64,000 bases of DNA from Pseudochelatococcus sp. (GTDB lineage: Bacteria > Pseudomonadota > Alphaproteobacteria > Rhizobiales > Beijerinckiaceae): positions 71,443-135,442 of the forward strand of contig NZ_JBMNUS010000013.1 of NCBI RefSeq assembly GCF_050946405.1, read 5' to 3'. The translations under genes and the position numbers were made by a program. This document shows, one piece after another, positions 51,883 through 59,348 of the stretch. Below the pieces are notes generated by a model, which saw nothing but the letters and a program-made list of their open reading frames with translations, was not told the DNA's origin and ran no database searches. Position 1 is the first letter of the stretch. Every line of letters begins with the position of its first letter.

Positions 51883-52512
51883 ATGGTTGCCGAGGCGCAG
51901 AACAGTGTCGGGGAAGAAGTCGCGGCAGCCGAGCCTGCCAGCCGCCAGAAGGCCGAGCAGATCATTCGCAAATATACGCTGTGGGCGACGGGCGCGGGCC
52001 TCATTCCGGTTCCCGTGCTGGACGCCGTCGGCGTGGCGGGCGTGCAATATGCGCTGGTCAACGATCTGGCGTCGCTCTACGGCGTGCCGTTCTCGAAGGA
52101 GCGCGTGCGCGCGCTCGTCGCCGGCCTGGTCGGCGGCGGCGTTCCGGCGCTGCTGACCACCGGCGGGCTCGCCAGCGCGGCGAAGGCCGTTCCGTTCGTG
52201 GGCTCGCTGCTCGGCGCGGCGGTGTTTCCCGCGCTTTCGGCCGCCGCGACCGTGGCGCTCGGCCGGGTGTTCACGCAGCACTTCGAGGCCGGCGGCACGC
52301 TGCTTGACTTCGACGCCGAGAAGACGCGCGCTTTCTTCGCGGAAGAGTTCGAGAACGCCCGCAAGGAAGTGGGCGAGACGCTGGCAAGCGCGGGTGTCGG
52401 CGTGGCCGGAAAAGCCAAGGCGGCAGATGCCCCGGCTGCTCCCGTTCCTGCCGCCGCTGCTCCTGCTTCGGCGGCGAAGAAGGAAACGGCTGCCGCGCCC
52501 GCCGCCGTGTGA
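51883..52512 (+). CDS. DUF697-family membrane-associated protein
   Basis: IIRKYTLWATGAGLIPVPVLDAVGVAGVQYALVNDLASLYGVPFSKE. The ATG at 51883 is preceded by ggaggagag. The C-terminal tail is Ala/Pro-rich. Confidence 0.65.
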   Translation: MVAEAQNSVGEEVAAAEPASRQKAEQIIRKYTLWATGAGLIPVPVLDAVGVAGVQYALVNDLASLYGVPFSKERVRALVAGLVGGGVPALLTTGGLASAAKAVPFVGSLLGAAVFPALSAAATVALGRVFTQHFEAGGTLLDFDAEKTRAFFAEEFENARKEVGETLASAGVGVAGKAKAADAPAAPVPAAAAPASAAKKETAAAPAAV

Positions 52513-52625
52513 GGCTGCGAGCGCGTCGGCATCGTGCCGGCGCGCCTTGCCGGAATGGGCGCCTTCCGATCGTAACGGGTGGGAGACACGCTGACGCCGG
52601 GGCGGGTTGACGAGAAAGAACGCGA

Positions 52626-52817
52626 ATGGCTGTCGTCATTTACTTTATGCTGTGCGTGCTTGTCGGGATACTCGGCCTCGGTTATTGGGGCGGCTTTCTT
52701 CTGTACTTCATTCTCGCGCTCGCCATGACGCCGCTTGTCGCCTTGCTGGTGCTCATCATCGTGGGATCGAGCGAGGGGCGGCGCGGCTTCGCGCGGTTCA
52801 GGAAGCCGGAGCCCTGA
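52626..52817 (+). CDS. Hypothetical small membrane protein (63 aa, two predicted TM helices)
   Basis: ORF MAVVIYFMLCVLVGILGLGYWGGFLLYFILALAMTPLVALLVLIIVGSSEGRRG.. is strongly hydrophobic. No family was recognised. Confidence 0.35.
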   Translation: MAVVIYFMLCVLVGILGLGYWGGFLLYFILALAMTPLVALLVLIIVGSSEGRRGFARFRKPEP

Positions 52818-52914
52818 CGATATCCCTGCCCGCATGGCCGGGCGCGGCCGGGTTGCGCCGCGCATTCGATGAACGTTCATGGCCGGCCTTGCCGCCGGTG
52901 CGTCACGGAAGACG

Positions 52915-54318
52915 ATGACACAACAAGATCTTTTCACCCCGGATGCCGGTGTCGCGCCTGCGCGGCACTGGCGCCGGTTTCGTCTGCCGCGCCGCCGCGA
53001 TCTTATGCTGTGCGTGCTTGTCGTGCTGCTTTGCGTGACGTTTCTCGCGCCCTACATGGTCGTCAATATTCCGGCCGGGTCCGCCGGCGTGATATGGCGT
53101 CGCTTCGGCGGAGGCACCGATACGGAGATGGTGCTGCACGAGGGCATCGCGCTGATCTGGCCGTGGAACCGCGTGCAGCTCTATGACCTGCGTCTCCAGA
53201 GCGAAAGCATCGATATCGTCGCGATTTCCCAGGACGGGCTGAACATCACCATCGGCCTGACCTTCCGCTGGTTCGTCAACCCCAAGTTCGTCGGCTGGTT
53301 GCACAAGATCGCGGGCCCCCAATACATGCAAAGAATTCTCCTGCCGGAACTGAACTCATCGACAAGACAGGAGTTTTCGAAGTTCAGGATGGTGGATTAT
53401 TATGGCCCGAACCGGGAAGAAATGCTTTCCCGCGTTTACAGCACCGTCGTCGATCGCGGATTTCCCAACTTCATTTTCGCGCCGAAGGATCTCGATACGG
53501 TCAATGCCGGTCTCAAGGTCAACGACGGCCTGATCATGCTGACCGATGTCCTGATTCGCGAAGTGGTGATGCCGCCCCGCGTCGTTGCCGCGGTGCAGGC
53601 GAAAATCGAGCAGCAGCAACTCGTTCAGGAAATGCAGCACCGGGTGGAGCGCGAGCGCTTCGAGAACCAGCGCAAGGAAATCGAGGCGGAAGGGATTCGC
53701 AAGTTTCAGCAGATCGTGCAGACGGGGATTTCCGAAGCCTATCTCAAGTGGCGCGGCATCGAGGCGACGGTCCTGCTGGCGAACTCGCCCAATGCCAAGA
53801 CGATCGTTCTCGGCGGCAACGGCGGCCTGCCTCTCATTCTGAACACCGGCGACGCGGGGACGCCGGCGGCGGTTGCGGCCGCGCCGTCCGCGCCTCCCGC
53901 CCCCGAGGGCAAGAACGGCGCGGCCAGATATCTCGGTTCCGTCGACATCTCGCGGCCGGACATGCGCAATCGGGAATCGAAGGGATTGGGCCTCGGCGCG
54001 ACGCTGCATCCGGCGCAGGGCGCGTGGTCCCGCGATGTCGCCGCCATCGGGCCTACCGCGACCTCCGGCATCGCCGGTTCCGCGAACGCGGCCGGCCCTG
54101 ACGCGAGCCGGGTTCCCGGCGTTTCTCCCGCCGGCCCCGGCAATGTGGAGGCCGGCGCGCTGTCGATGCCCGCGCCGCGTCCGCCGGGCGTGCTGCCGAT
54201 CATGTCGCCGTTCATCGGCGTCGGCGGCACGGTTTCGTTCTGGCAGAAGCTTTCCAGCCTCTTCGGTATCGCGGACCCGCCCGGCGGGCAGGCCGAGACC
54301 GGGCCGCCCACGCCCTGA
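52915..54318 (+). CDS. SPFH/band-7 (prohibitin/flotillin-like) membrane protein with a C-terminal Pro/Ala/Gly-rich tail of about 160 aa
   Basis: The N-terminal TM segment LMLCVLVVLLCVTFLAPYMVV is followed by an SPFH core: GSAGVIWRRFGGGTDTEMVLHEGIALIWPWNRVQLYDLRLQSESIDIVAISQDGLNITIGLTFRW, then a coiled region QAKIEQQQLVQEMQHRVERERFENQRKEIEAEGIRKFQ. Confidence 0.75.
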   Translation: MTQQDLFTPDAGVAPARHWRRFRLPRRRDLMLCVLVVLLCVTFLAPYMVVNIPAGSAGVIWRRFGGGTDTEMVLHEGIALIWPWNRVQLYDLRLQSESIDIVAISQDGLNITIGLTFRWFVNPKFVGWLHKIAGPQYMQRILLPELNSSTRQEFSKFRMVDYYGPNREEMLSRVYSTVVDRGFPNFIFAPKDLDTVNAGLKVNDGLIMLTDVLIREVVMPPRVVAAVQAKIEQQQLVQEMQHRVERERFENQRKEIEAEGIRKFQQIVQTGISEAYLKWRGIEATVLLANSPNAKTIVLGGNGGLPLILNTGDAGTPAAVAAAPSAPPAPEGKNGAARYLGSVDISRPDMRNRESKGLGLGATLHPAQGAWSRDVAAIGPTATSGIAGSANAAGPDASRVPGVSPAGPGNVEAGALSMPAPRPPGVLPIMSPFIGVGGTVSFWQKLSSLFGIADPPGGQAETGPPTP

Positions 54319-54331
54319 TCCGGCCGGGCAC

Positions 54332-57300
54332 ATGTCCGCGGCGGGCCGGCAGCGGGCAGGACGTCACCAGCAACTTCCAAACCGTAATGGCGAAACCGTG
54401 CTCTCCCGCGACAACATCAAGGACATCTATCCGCTGACGCCTTTTCAGGAAGGGGTCGTCTTTCACGATCTCATGGAGCGCGAGGCGGCGCACGAGGGCC
54501 AGCGCGCCTACTTTCAGCAGATGAGCTTCACCGTGCGCGGGCCGCTGGATATCGCGGCCTTCCGGCGCGCCTGGCAATTCCTGGTGGACCGGCATGACGT
54601 GCTGCGCACCGTCTTCCGGCCGACAGGCGCGGAGCGGCCGTTGCAAATCGTGCTGAAGGCGCGTGAACTCGTGCCGGATGTCGTCGACTGCCGCGCTCTC
54701 GGCCCGGATGCCGCCGGCGCGACCTGCGAGCGCTACGAGGCGGAGCAGCGGCAGCGCCCGTTCGATCTGCGGCGCGACCTGCTGGTGCGGCTCGGCCTGC
54801 TGCTGATCGCCCCGGAGGAGACCCGCGTCGTGTTCGGCTTCCATCATGTGCTGATGGACGGCTGGTGCATCGGCATCTTGCAGGACGACCTGACGCGCGC
54901 CTATCAGGCTTTTACGCGCGGCGATGCGCCGCGTCTGCCCGCCGCCGTTCAGTTCGGCGGTTTCGTCAAGGCGAGCGAGCGGCGGCGCACGGCGCGGGCG
55001 CTGGATTTCTGGCGCGATTATCTCGCGGATTACGAGACCGCCGTGGCGCTCCCCGGCCGCCGCCCCGTCGCCCTCGACGGGCCGCGGGACAGCCTCACGC
55101 ACGAGGCGGCGCTGGGCGAGGCGCTGACGGCGCAACTCGATGCGCGGGCGCGCGCGCTCGGGGTGACGCCGGGCACGCTGGCGCAGGCGCTCTGGGGCGT
55201 GCTGCTGGCGAAGATGGAGAATCGGCGGGATGTCGTCTTCGGCACCATGGCCTCGACGCGCCTGCCCGATCTTCCGGGCGGCGAGGCCGTGCTGGGGCCG
55301 TGCATCGGCATGCTGCCGCTGCGCATCCGCTACGCGCCATCCGAAACCTTCGCGGAACTCGTGGCGCAGGTCCATGCGCAACGGCCCGGCTGGCTCGGGC
55401 ACGTGCATTGCGCGCTGGCCGACATCCAGCAGGCGAGCGCGCCGCGCGGCGCGTTGATCGGACATTATTTCGTCTATGAGAACTACCCGCTCGACGCGCG
55501 TTTCCGGGGCGAGGCGCAGGTGCTCGCGCCCGGCGTGACGATCCATGACGTGCGGATGTTCCAGACCGGCAATTACGATTTCGGGGCGCTCATGCTGCCG
55601 GGCGAAAGCGCGCGCCTCGTGTTGACCTTCAACAGCCGGGCGGTCGATCCGGCGGCCGTGGCGCGCATCGGGCGCTGGTTCGTGCGGCTGGCGCGGCAGG
55701 CCGCCGGGGAGCCGGACTGCGCCATCGATGCCATGACCCTGCTCGATGACGAAGAGGCGGCGCGAATCGAGGCGTGGGGCCGGGGGGCGGAGCCCGGCGT
55801 GCTTGCGCCCGACATCGCGGCGCTGCGGCGCGATGTCGTGGCCCGTAGGGGCGAGGCCCCGGCTGTGCGGGCCGGCGGGCGCACGCTCTCGCACGCGGAA
55901 CTGGAAGCGCGGGCGCGCGGGCTCGCGGCCTGGTTTCGCCGCGCGCACGGGATCGGGCCGGGCGATCCGGTCGCGCTGCATCTGCCTGCCGGAGAGGGGC
56001 TGGTGACGGCGATGCTGGCCTGCCTGCTGCTCGGCGCGCCGTTCGTGCCGCTCGACCCCGGCAATCCGGCGCTGCGCACGGCCCATATCCTGAAGGACAG
56101 CGGGGCGCGGCTCGTGCTGGCGCAGGGCGCGCTGCCGGAAGAGGCGGCGGCCGGCGTGCCGGTGGCGCAATCGCCGGCCGATCCCGGCGCGCTCGACGGG
56201 GAAGCGCTGCCGGCCGTCGACGCCGACGCGACGGCCTACATCATCTATACTTCCGGCACGACGGGCGTGCCGAAGGGGGTGCGCGTCGGCCAGTCCGCGC
56301 TCATCAATTATGTCGGCTGGTTCGGCACGCTGTCCGGCGCCGGGCCTGACATGCGCACGGCGCTCGTGACCTCGGCGGCCTTCGATCTCGGCTATACCGG
56401 CCTGTTCGGCGCGCTGCTCGGCGGCGGCTGCGTGTCGCTTCCCGACGAGGACGAGCGCCGCGATCCGGCCCATGTGCTCGCCCTGCTGGCCGACCACGGC
56501 ATCATGGTGCTCAAGACGACGCCCTCCTATCTGTCGATGCTCCTCGCGACGCCGGGCGGGGAGGCGCGTCTTGCCGGGGCGGGCGCGCTGCGCCTGCTGC
56601 TGCTCGGCGGCGAGCCGCAGAATTTCGCCGAGCTGCGGCGTCTGCGGCAACGGCTTCCGGGCCTGCGCATCTACAATCATTACGGGCCGACCGAGGCCAC
56701 CATCGGCTGCGCCGCCGGCCCGCTCGACGATCTGGCGGATCGCGGCGAGGGGCCGCAACGTCTCGGCCGGCCGATCGCGGGCGTGCGCCTTTTCGTGTGT
56801 GACGCCGCGCTGCGGCCCGTGCCGCCCGGCGTGCCGGGCGAACTGCTCGTGGCCGGGCGCGGCCTCGCGCAGGGATATGTGAACGCCTCGCCCGCCGACG
56901 CCGCCCGCTTCGCCGTCCTGCCATGGTGCGGCGGGCTGCGCGTCTACCGCACCGGCGACCGCGTGCGCTGGGCCGATGACGGCACGCTGGAGTTTCTCGG
57001 GCGCGTCGACGATCAGGTGAAGGTGCGCGGCTATCGCGTCTCGCTGAAGGAGGTCGAGGCGGCGCTGACGGCGCTTGAGTGCGTGCGTGACGCGGCGGTG
57101 GTGACGGATGCGCGCGGCGGCGCGACCGAGCTTGTCGCCTATGTCGTCCCGGAAGGGGAAAGGCCGGAAGGGGAAACGACGCCGGCCGCCATCCGCGCCG
57201 CTCTGGCGCGGCGTCTGCCGCCGCCGATGATACCGGCGCGCTTCATCGCCGTGTCGCGCTTCCCGCTGACCGCCAACGGCAAGACCGACCGCAAGGCGCT

Positions 57301-58387
57301 GACCGAACACCGGCGGCCGCAGGCTCCCGCGCCCGGAGCGCCGGAGGCGGGAAACGAGACGGAGGAGAAACTGCGCGCGATCTGGCGCGAGGTGCTGTTT
57401 CTCGACCATGTGGGCCTCGACGACGATTTCTTCGCGCTCGGCGGCCACAGCCTGAAGGCGATCCTCGTCGCCTCGAAGGCGCGGGCGGTGTTCGAACGCC
57501 CGCTCACGCTGCGCAGCCTGTTCGATCACCCCACCGTGCGCCGACTCGCCGTGCATATTGTCGGCGGCGCCACGCCCACGCCTGTCGGCGGCGATCGGGT
57601 GCTGCCGCTGCGCGCGGGATCGTCCGACGCGCCGCTCGCCGTCTTTTTCCCGCCGGCGCTCGGCACGTCGACCCCCTACCGCGATCTGGTCGAGCCTCTC
57701 GCGGGCGATGTCGCCTGCATCGGGATGCAGGCGCCGGGTTTCGACCGCGACGAGCCGTTCGCGGAAAATGTGGCGGACTGCGCCGGACATTTCGTGCGGG
57801 CCTTGCGGCCGCTGATCGGACAGGGGCGGAGACTTCGACTGGTCGGCTGGTCCATGGGTGCGCATTTCGCACTGGAGACGGCGTTGCAGTTGGAGGCGGA
57901 AAACGGAGGGCATCGGAGCCCGGCGCTCGAACTGATCCTGCTGGACAGCGCCCCGCCGGCGGCGGACGACGGAACGAACGATGCGTCGGACGGCTTGCCG
58001 GGCTTCGCGGCGTTACGCACGCGCCCTTATTGGGGCCGCGTGCTGGCGATCATGGATGCGATGCCCCCGGCCGATCTCGCGCGCATCGAGCGTCTCGCCC
58101 GGCACAATCATGCCGCGGTGCGGCGACATCGCTTCACCGGCGTCGTTCACAGCCCCGTCACCTGCCTGGAGGCCGCCGATGCGCTTCCCCGCGCGGGCAT
58201 GGAAGGCTTCCGCCGATTCGCGGCCGGGCGATTCGCCGTGCATGAGGTCGGTGGCGATCATTACTCGATGTTCCATCCGCCGCATCTGAACACGGTGCTG
58301 TCGTGGCTTGAACAACTGCTGACGGCCAGCGGCAGCGGCGCGGGCGCGACACCGGCCGCCAGCGCACCGGGATCGCTGACGGCATAG
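54332..58387 (+). CDS. NRPS termination module: C-A-PCP-TE
   Basis: This is the in-frame part of ORF 53873..58387. The ATG at 54332 lies 13 nt after the SPFH stop codon. An alternative start is the GTG at 54398, immediately before LSRDNIKDIYPLTPFQEGVVFH. Confidence 0.95.
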   Translation: MSAAGRQRAGRHQQLPNRNGETVLSRDNIKDIYPLTPFQEGVVFHDLMEREAAHEGQRAYFQQMSFTVRGPLDIAAFRRAWQFLVDRHDVLRTVFRPTGAERPLQIVLKARELVPDVVDCRALGPDAAGATCERYEAEQRQRPFDLRRDLLVRLGLLLIAPEETRVVFGFHHVLMDGWCIGILQDDLTRAYQAFTRGDAPRLPAAVQFGGFVKASERRRTARALDFWRDYLADYETAVALPGRRPVALDGPRDSLTHEAALGEALTAQLDARARALGVTPGTLAQALWGVLLAKMENRRDVVFGTMASTRLPDLPGGEAVLGPCIGMLPLRIRYAPSETFAELVAQVHAQRPGWLGHVHCALADIQQASAPRGALIGHYFVYENYPLDARFRGEAQVLAPGVTIHDVRMFQTGNYDFGALMLPGESARLVLTFNSRAVDPAAVARIGRWFVRLARQAAGEPDCAIDAMTLLDDEEAARIEAWGRGAEPGVLAPDIAALRRDVVARRGEAPAVRAGGRTLSHAELEARARGLAAWFRRAHGIGPGDPVALHLPAGEGLVTAMLACLLLGAPFVPLDPGNPALRTAHILKDSGARLVLAQGALPEEAAAGVPVAQSPADPGALDGEALPAVDADATAYIIYTSGTTGVPKGVRVGQSALINYVGWFGTLSGAGPDMRTALVTSAAFDLGYTGLFGALLGGGCVSLPDEDERRDPAHVLALLADHGIMVLKTTPSYLSMLLATPGGEARLAGAGALRLLLLGGEPQNFAELRRLRQRLPGLRIYNHYGPTEATIGCAAGPLDDLADRGEGPQRLGRPIAGVRLFVCDAALRPVPPGVPGELLVAGRGLAQGYVNASPADAARFAVLPWCGGLRVYRTGDRVRWADDGTLEFLGRVDDQVKVRGYRVSLKEVEAALTALECVRDAAVVTDARGGATELVAYVVPEGERPEGETTPAAIRAALARRLPPPMIPARFIAVSRFPLTANGKTDRKALTEHRRPQAPAPGAPEAGNETEEKLRAIWREVLFLDHVGLDDDFFALGGHSLKAILVASKARAVFERPLTLRSLFDHPTVRRLAVHIVGGATPTPVGGDRVLPLRAGSSDAPLAVFFPPALGTSTPYRDLVEPLAGDVACIGMQAPGFDRDEPFAENVADCAGHFVRALRPLIGQGRRLRLVGWSMGAHFALETALQLEAENGGHRSPALELILLDSAPPAADDGTNDASDGLPGFAALRTRPYWGRVLAIMDAMPPADLARIERLARHNHAAVRRHRFTGVVHSPVTCLEAADALPRAGMEGFRRFAAGRFAVHEVGGDHYSMFHPPHLNTVLSWLEQLLTASGSGAGATPAASAPGSLTA
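54400..55720 (+). other. Domain: condensation C6 (follows an E domain in the assembly order)
   Basis: IKDIYPLTPFQEGVVFH; HHVLMDGWC at 54842. Confidence 0.85.
55790..57310 (+). other. Domain: adenylation A5 (by-eye code DLTKLGHIGK, 9/10 to the canonical Asp code DLTKVGHIGK)
   Basis: YIIYTSGTTGVPKG, AFDLGYTG, VLKTTPSY, NHYGPTEATIGCA, YRTGDRV, GRVDDQVKVRGYRVSLKEVE, NGKTDRKAL. Confidence 0.85.
57149..57178 (+). repeat. In-frame 15-bp tandem duplication (PEGER PEGET) inside A5
   Basis: ccggaaggggaaagg / ccggaaggggaaacg, read directly. Confidence 0.85.
57350..57560 (+). other. Domain: PCP5
   Basis: FFALGGHSLKA; Ser codon at 57449..57451. Confidence 0.9.
57590..58387 (+). other. Domain: thioesterase (TE)
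   Basis: GWSMG with Ser at 57851..57853, and a C-terminal His context VGGDHYSMF. Confidence 0.85.
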
Positions 58388-59166
58388 GCGGTGAGGCGCG
58401 GCCGCTCGCCGGCGCGCAGGAGCATGGTGAGCGCGAAGGCGTGGCCCGAAGCGAGCAGACCGCTCTGGACGTGCCAGACGCCCGCGCGGCGCAGGTCTTC
58501 GTCGAGATGGGCGAAGCCGAGACGGGTGAAGCCGAGACTGGCGAAGGTTGGCTGATCGAGCGAGAAACCGGCGCAGGTCAGCGGGCGGGAAAGGCCCTGG
58601 CCAAGGCCCTTCACCACGCTTTCCTTCAGCGTCCACAGCCTGAAGAAGCGCTCCGCCATCGGTGTCGGGCAGTCGCCGTGAGCGGAATCCGGCTGGATGG
58701 GAGAGCGTTCCAGCGCGGCAAGGCCGGCCAGTTCCGCCGCCGTGCAGAAGCTTTGCGCCAGTTCGATCGTCGCCGTCGCCGGCGTCACGCGCTCGACATC
58801 GACGCCGGTCTCGCGGCCCTCGCACAACGCGACCGCCACGCAGCCCGCCGTGTGCGACAGGCTGAAGCGCACGTCAGGCATCCCCGGCGCGCGCACGATG
58901 CACGGCTTGCCGAGGGGCGAGGCGGTAAAGCGCCATGCCGCCGGCCCCGTTCCGGCGATATGGCGGGACAGCGCCCCCCGCAGCAGGCCGTGCGCGGCGA
59001 CGAATGTCTCGCGATCGCGCTCGAAACGGAAACGGCCCGCCCGCGCGGTCTCCTGCGCGTCGAGCCACGCTGCCGCCCGCCCGCCGGCGATCCCGGCCGG
59101 AGCCGCGATGTAAACCGATACCGGAATGTCCCGTATGGACGCCGGACTGTCGTGCATTATATCCAT
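58261..59166 (-). CDS. 4'-phosphopantetheinyl transferase (Sfp/EntD type)
   Basis: RFRFERDRETFVAAHGLLR, FSLSHTAGCVAVA, GVDVE, FRLWTLKESVVKGLG. Its 3' end overlaps the NRPS TE-coding region. Confidence 0.85.
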   Translation of the reverse strand: MDIMHDSPASIRDIPVSVYIAAPAGIAGGRAAAWLDAQETARAGRFRFERDRETFVAAHGLLRGALSRHIAGTGPAAWRFTASPLGKPCIVRAPGMPDVRFSLSHTAGCVAVALCEGRETGVDVERVTPATATIELAQSFCTAAELAGLAALERSPIQPDSAHGDCPTPMAERFFRLWTLKESVVKGLGQGLSRPLTCAGFSLDQPTFASLGFTRLGFAHLDEDLRRAGVWHVQSGLLASGHAFALTMLLRAGERPRLTAYAVSDPGALAAGVAPAPLPLAVSSCSSHDSTVFRCGGWNIE

Positions 59167-59348
59167 ACCCGTTATCGCTTCGACGGAAAAACCACCGGAA
59201 AACCCTTATGCCGGCGGATGGCGGGACGCATCCTATCATGCGCGGCCGGGCGGGCGCGACGGCGCAGGAATGCTCTTGACCGACGCAAGCGTTGACGCGA
59301 CGTTATCGCCGATGGTCGCCGCAATCTATGGCGCGGTGCGGTGATAGT

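Noticed and set aside
53873-54331. N-terminal extension of the third NRPS ORF (53873 onward).
   Set aside because: It overlaps the SPFH gene tail in another frame and has shadow-type composition. The C-domain sequence begins just after 54398.
21640-58387. A stand-alone MbtH-like protein or a cluster-situated regulator gene.
   Set aside because: None of the supplied ORFs of 60-100 aa in plausible frames shows the MbtH signature (NxExQxSxWP-like) or an HTH. Absence is only as reliable as the 61-aa ORF cutoff and reading by eye.
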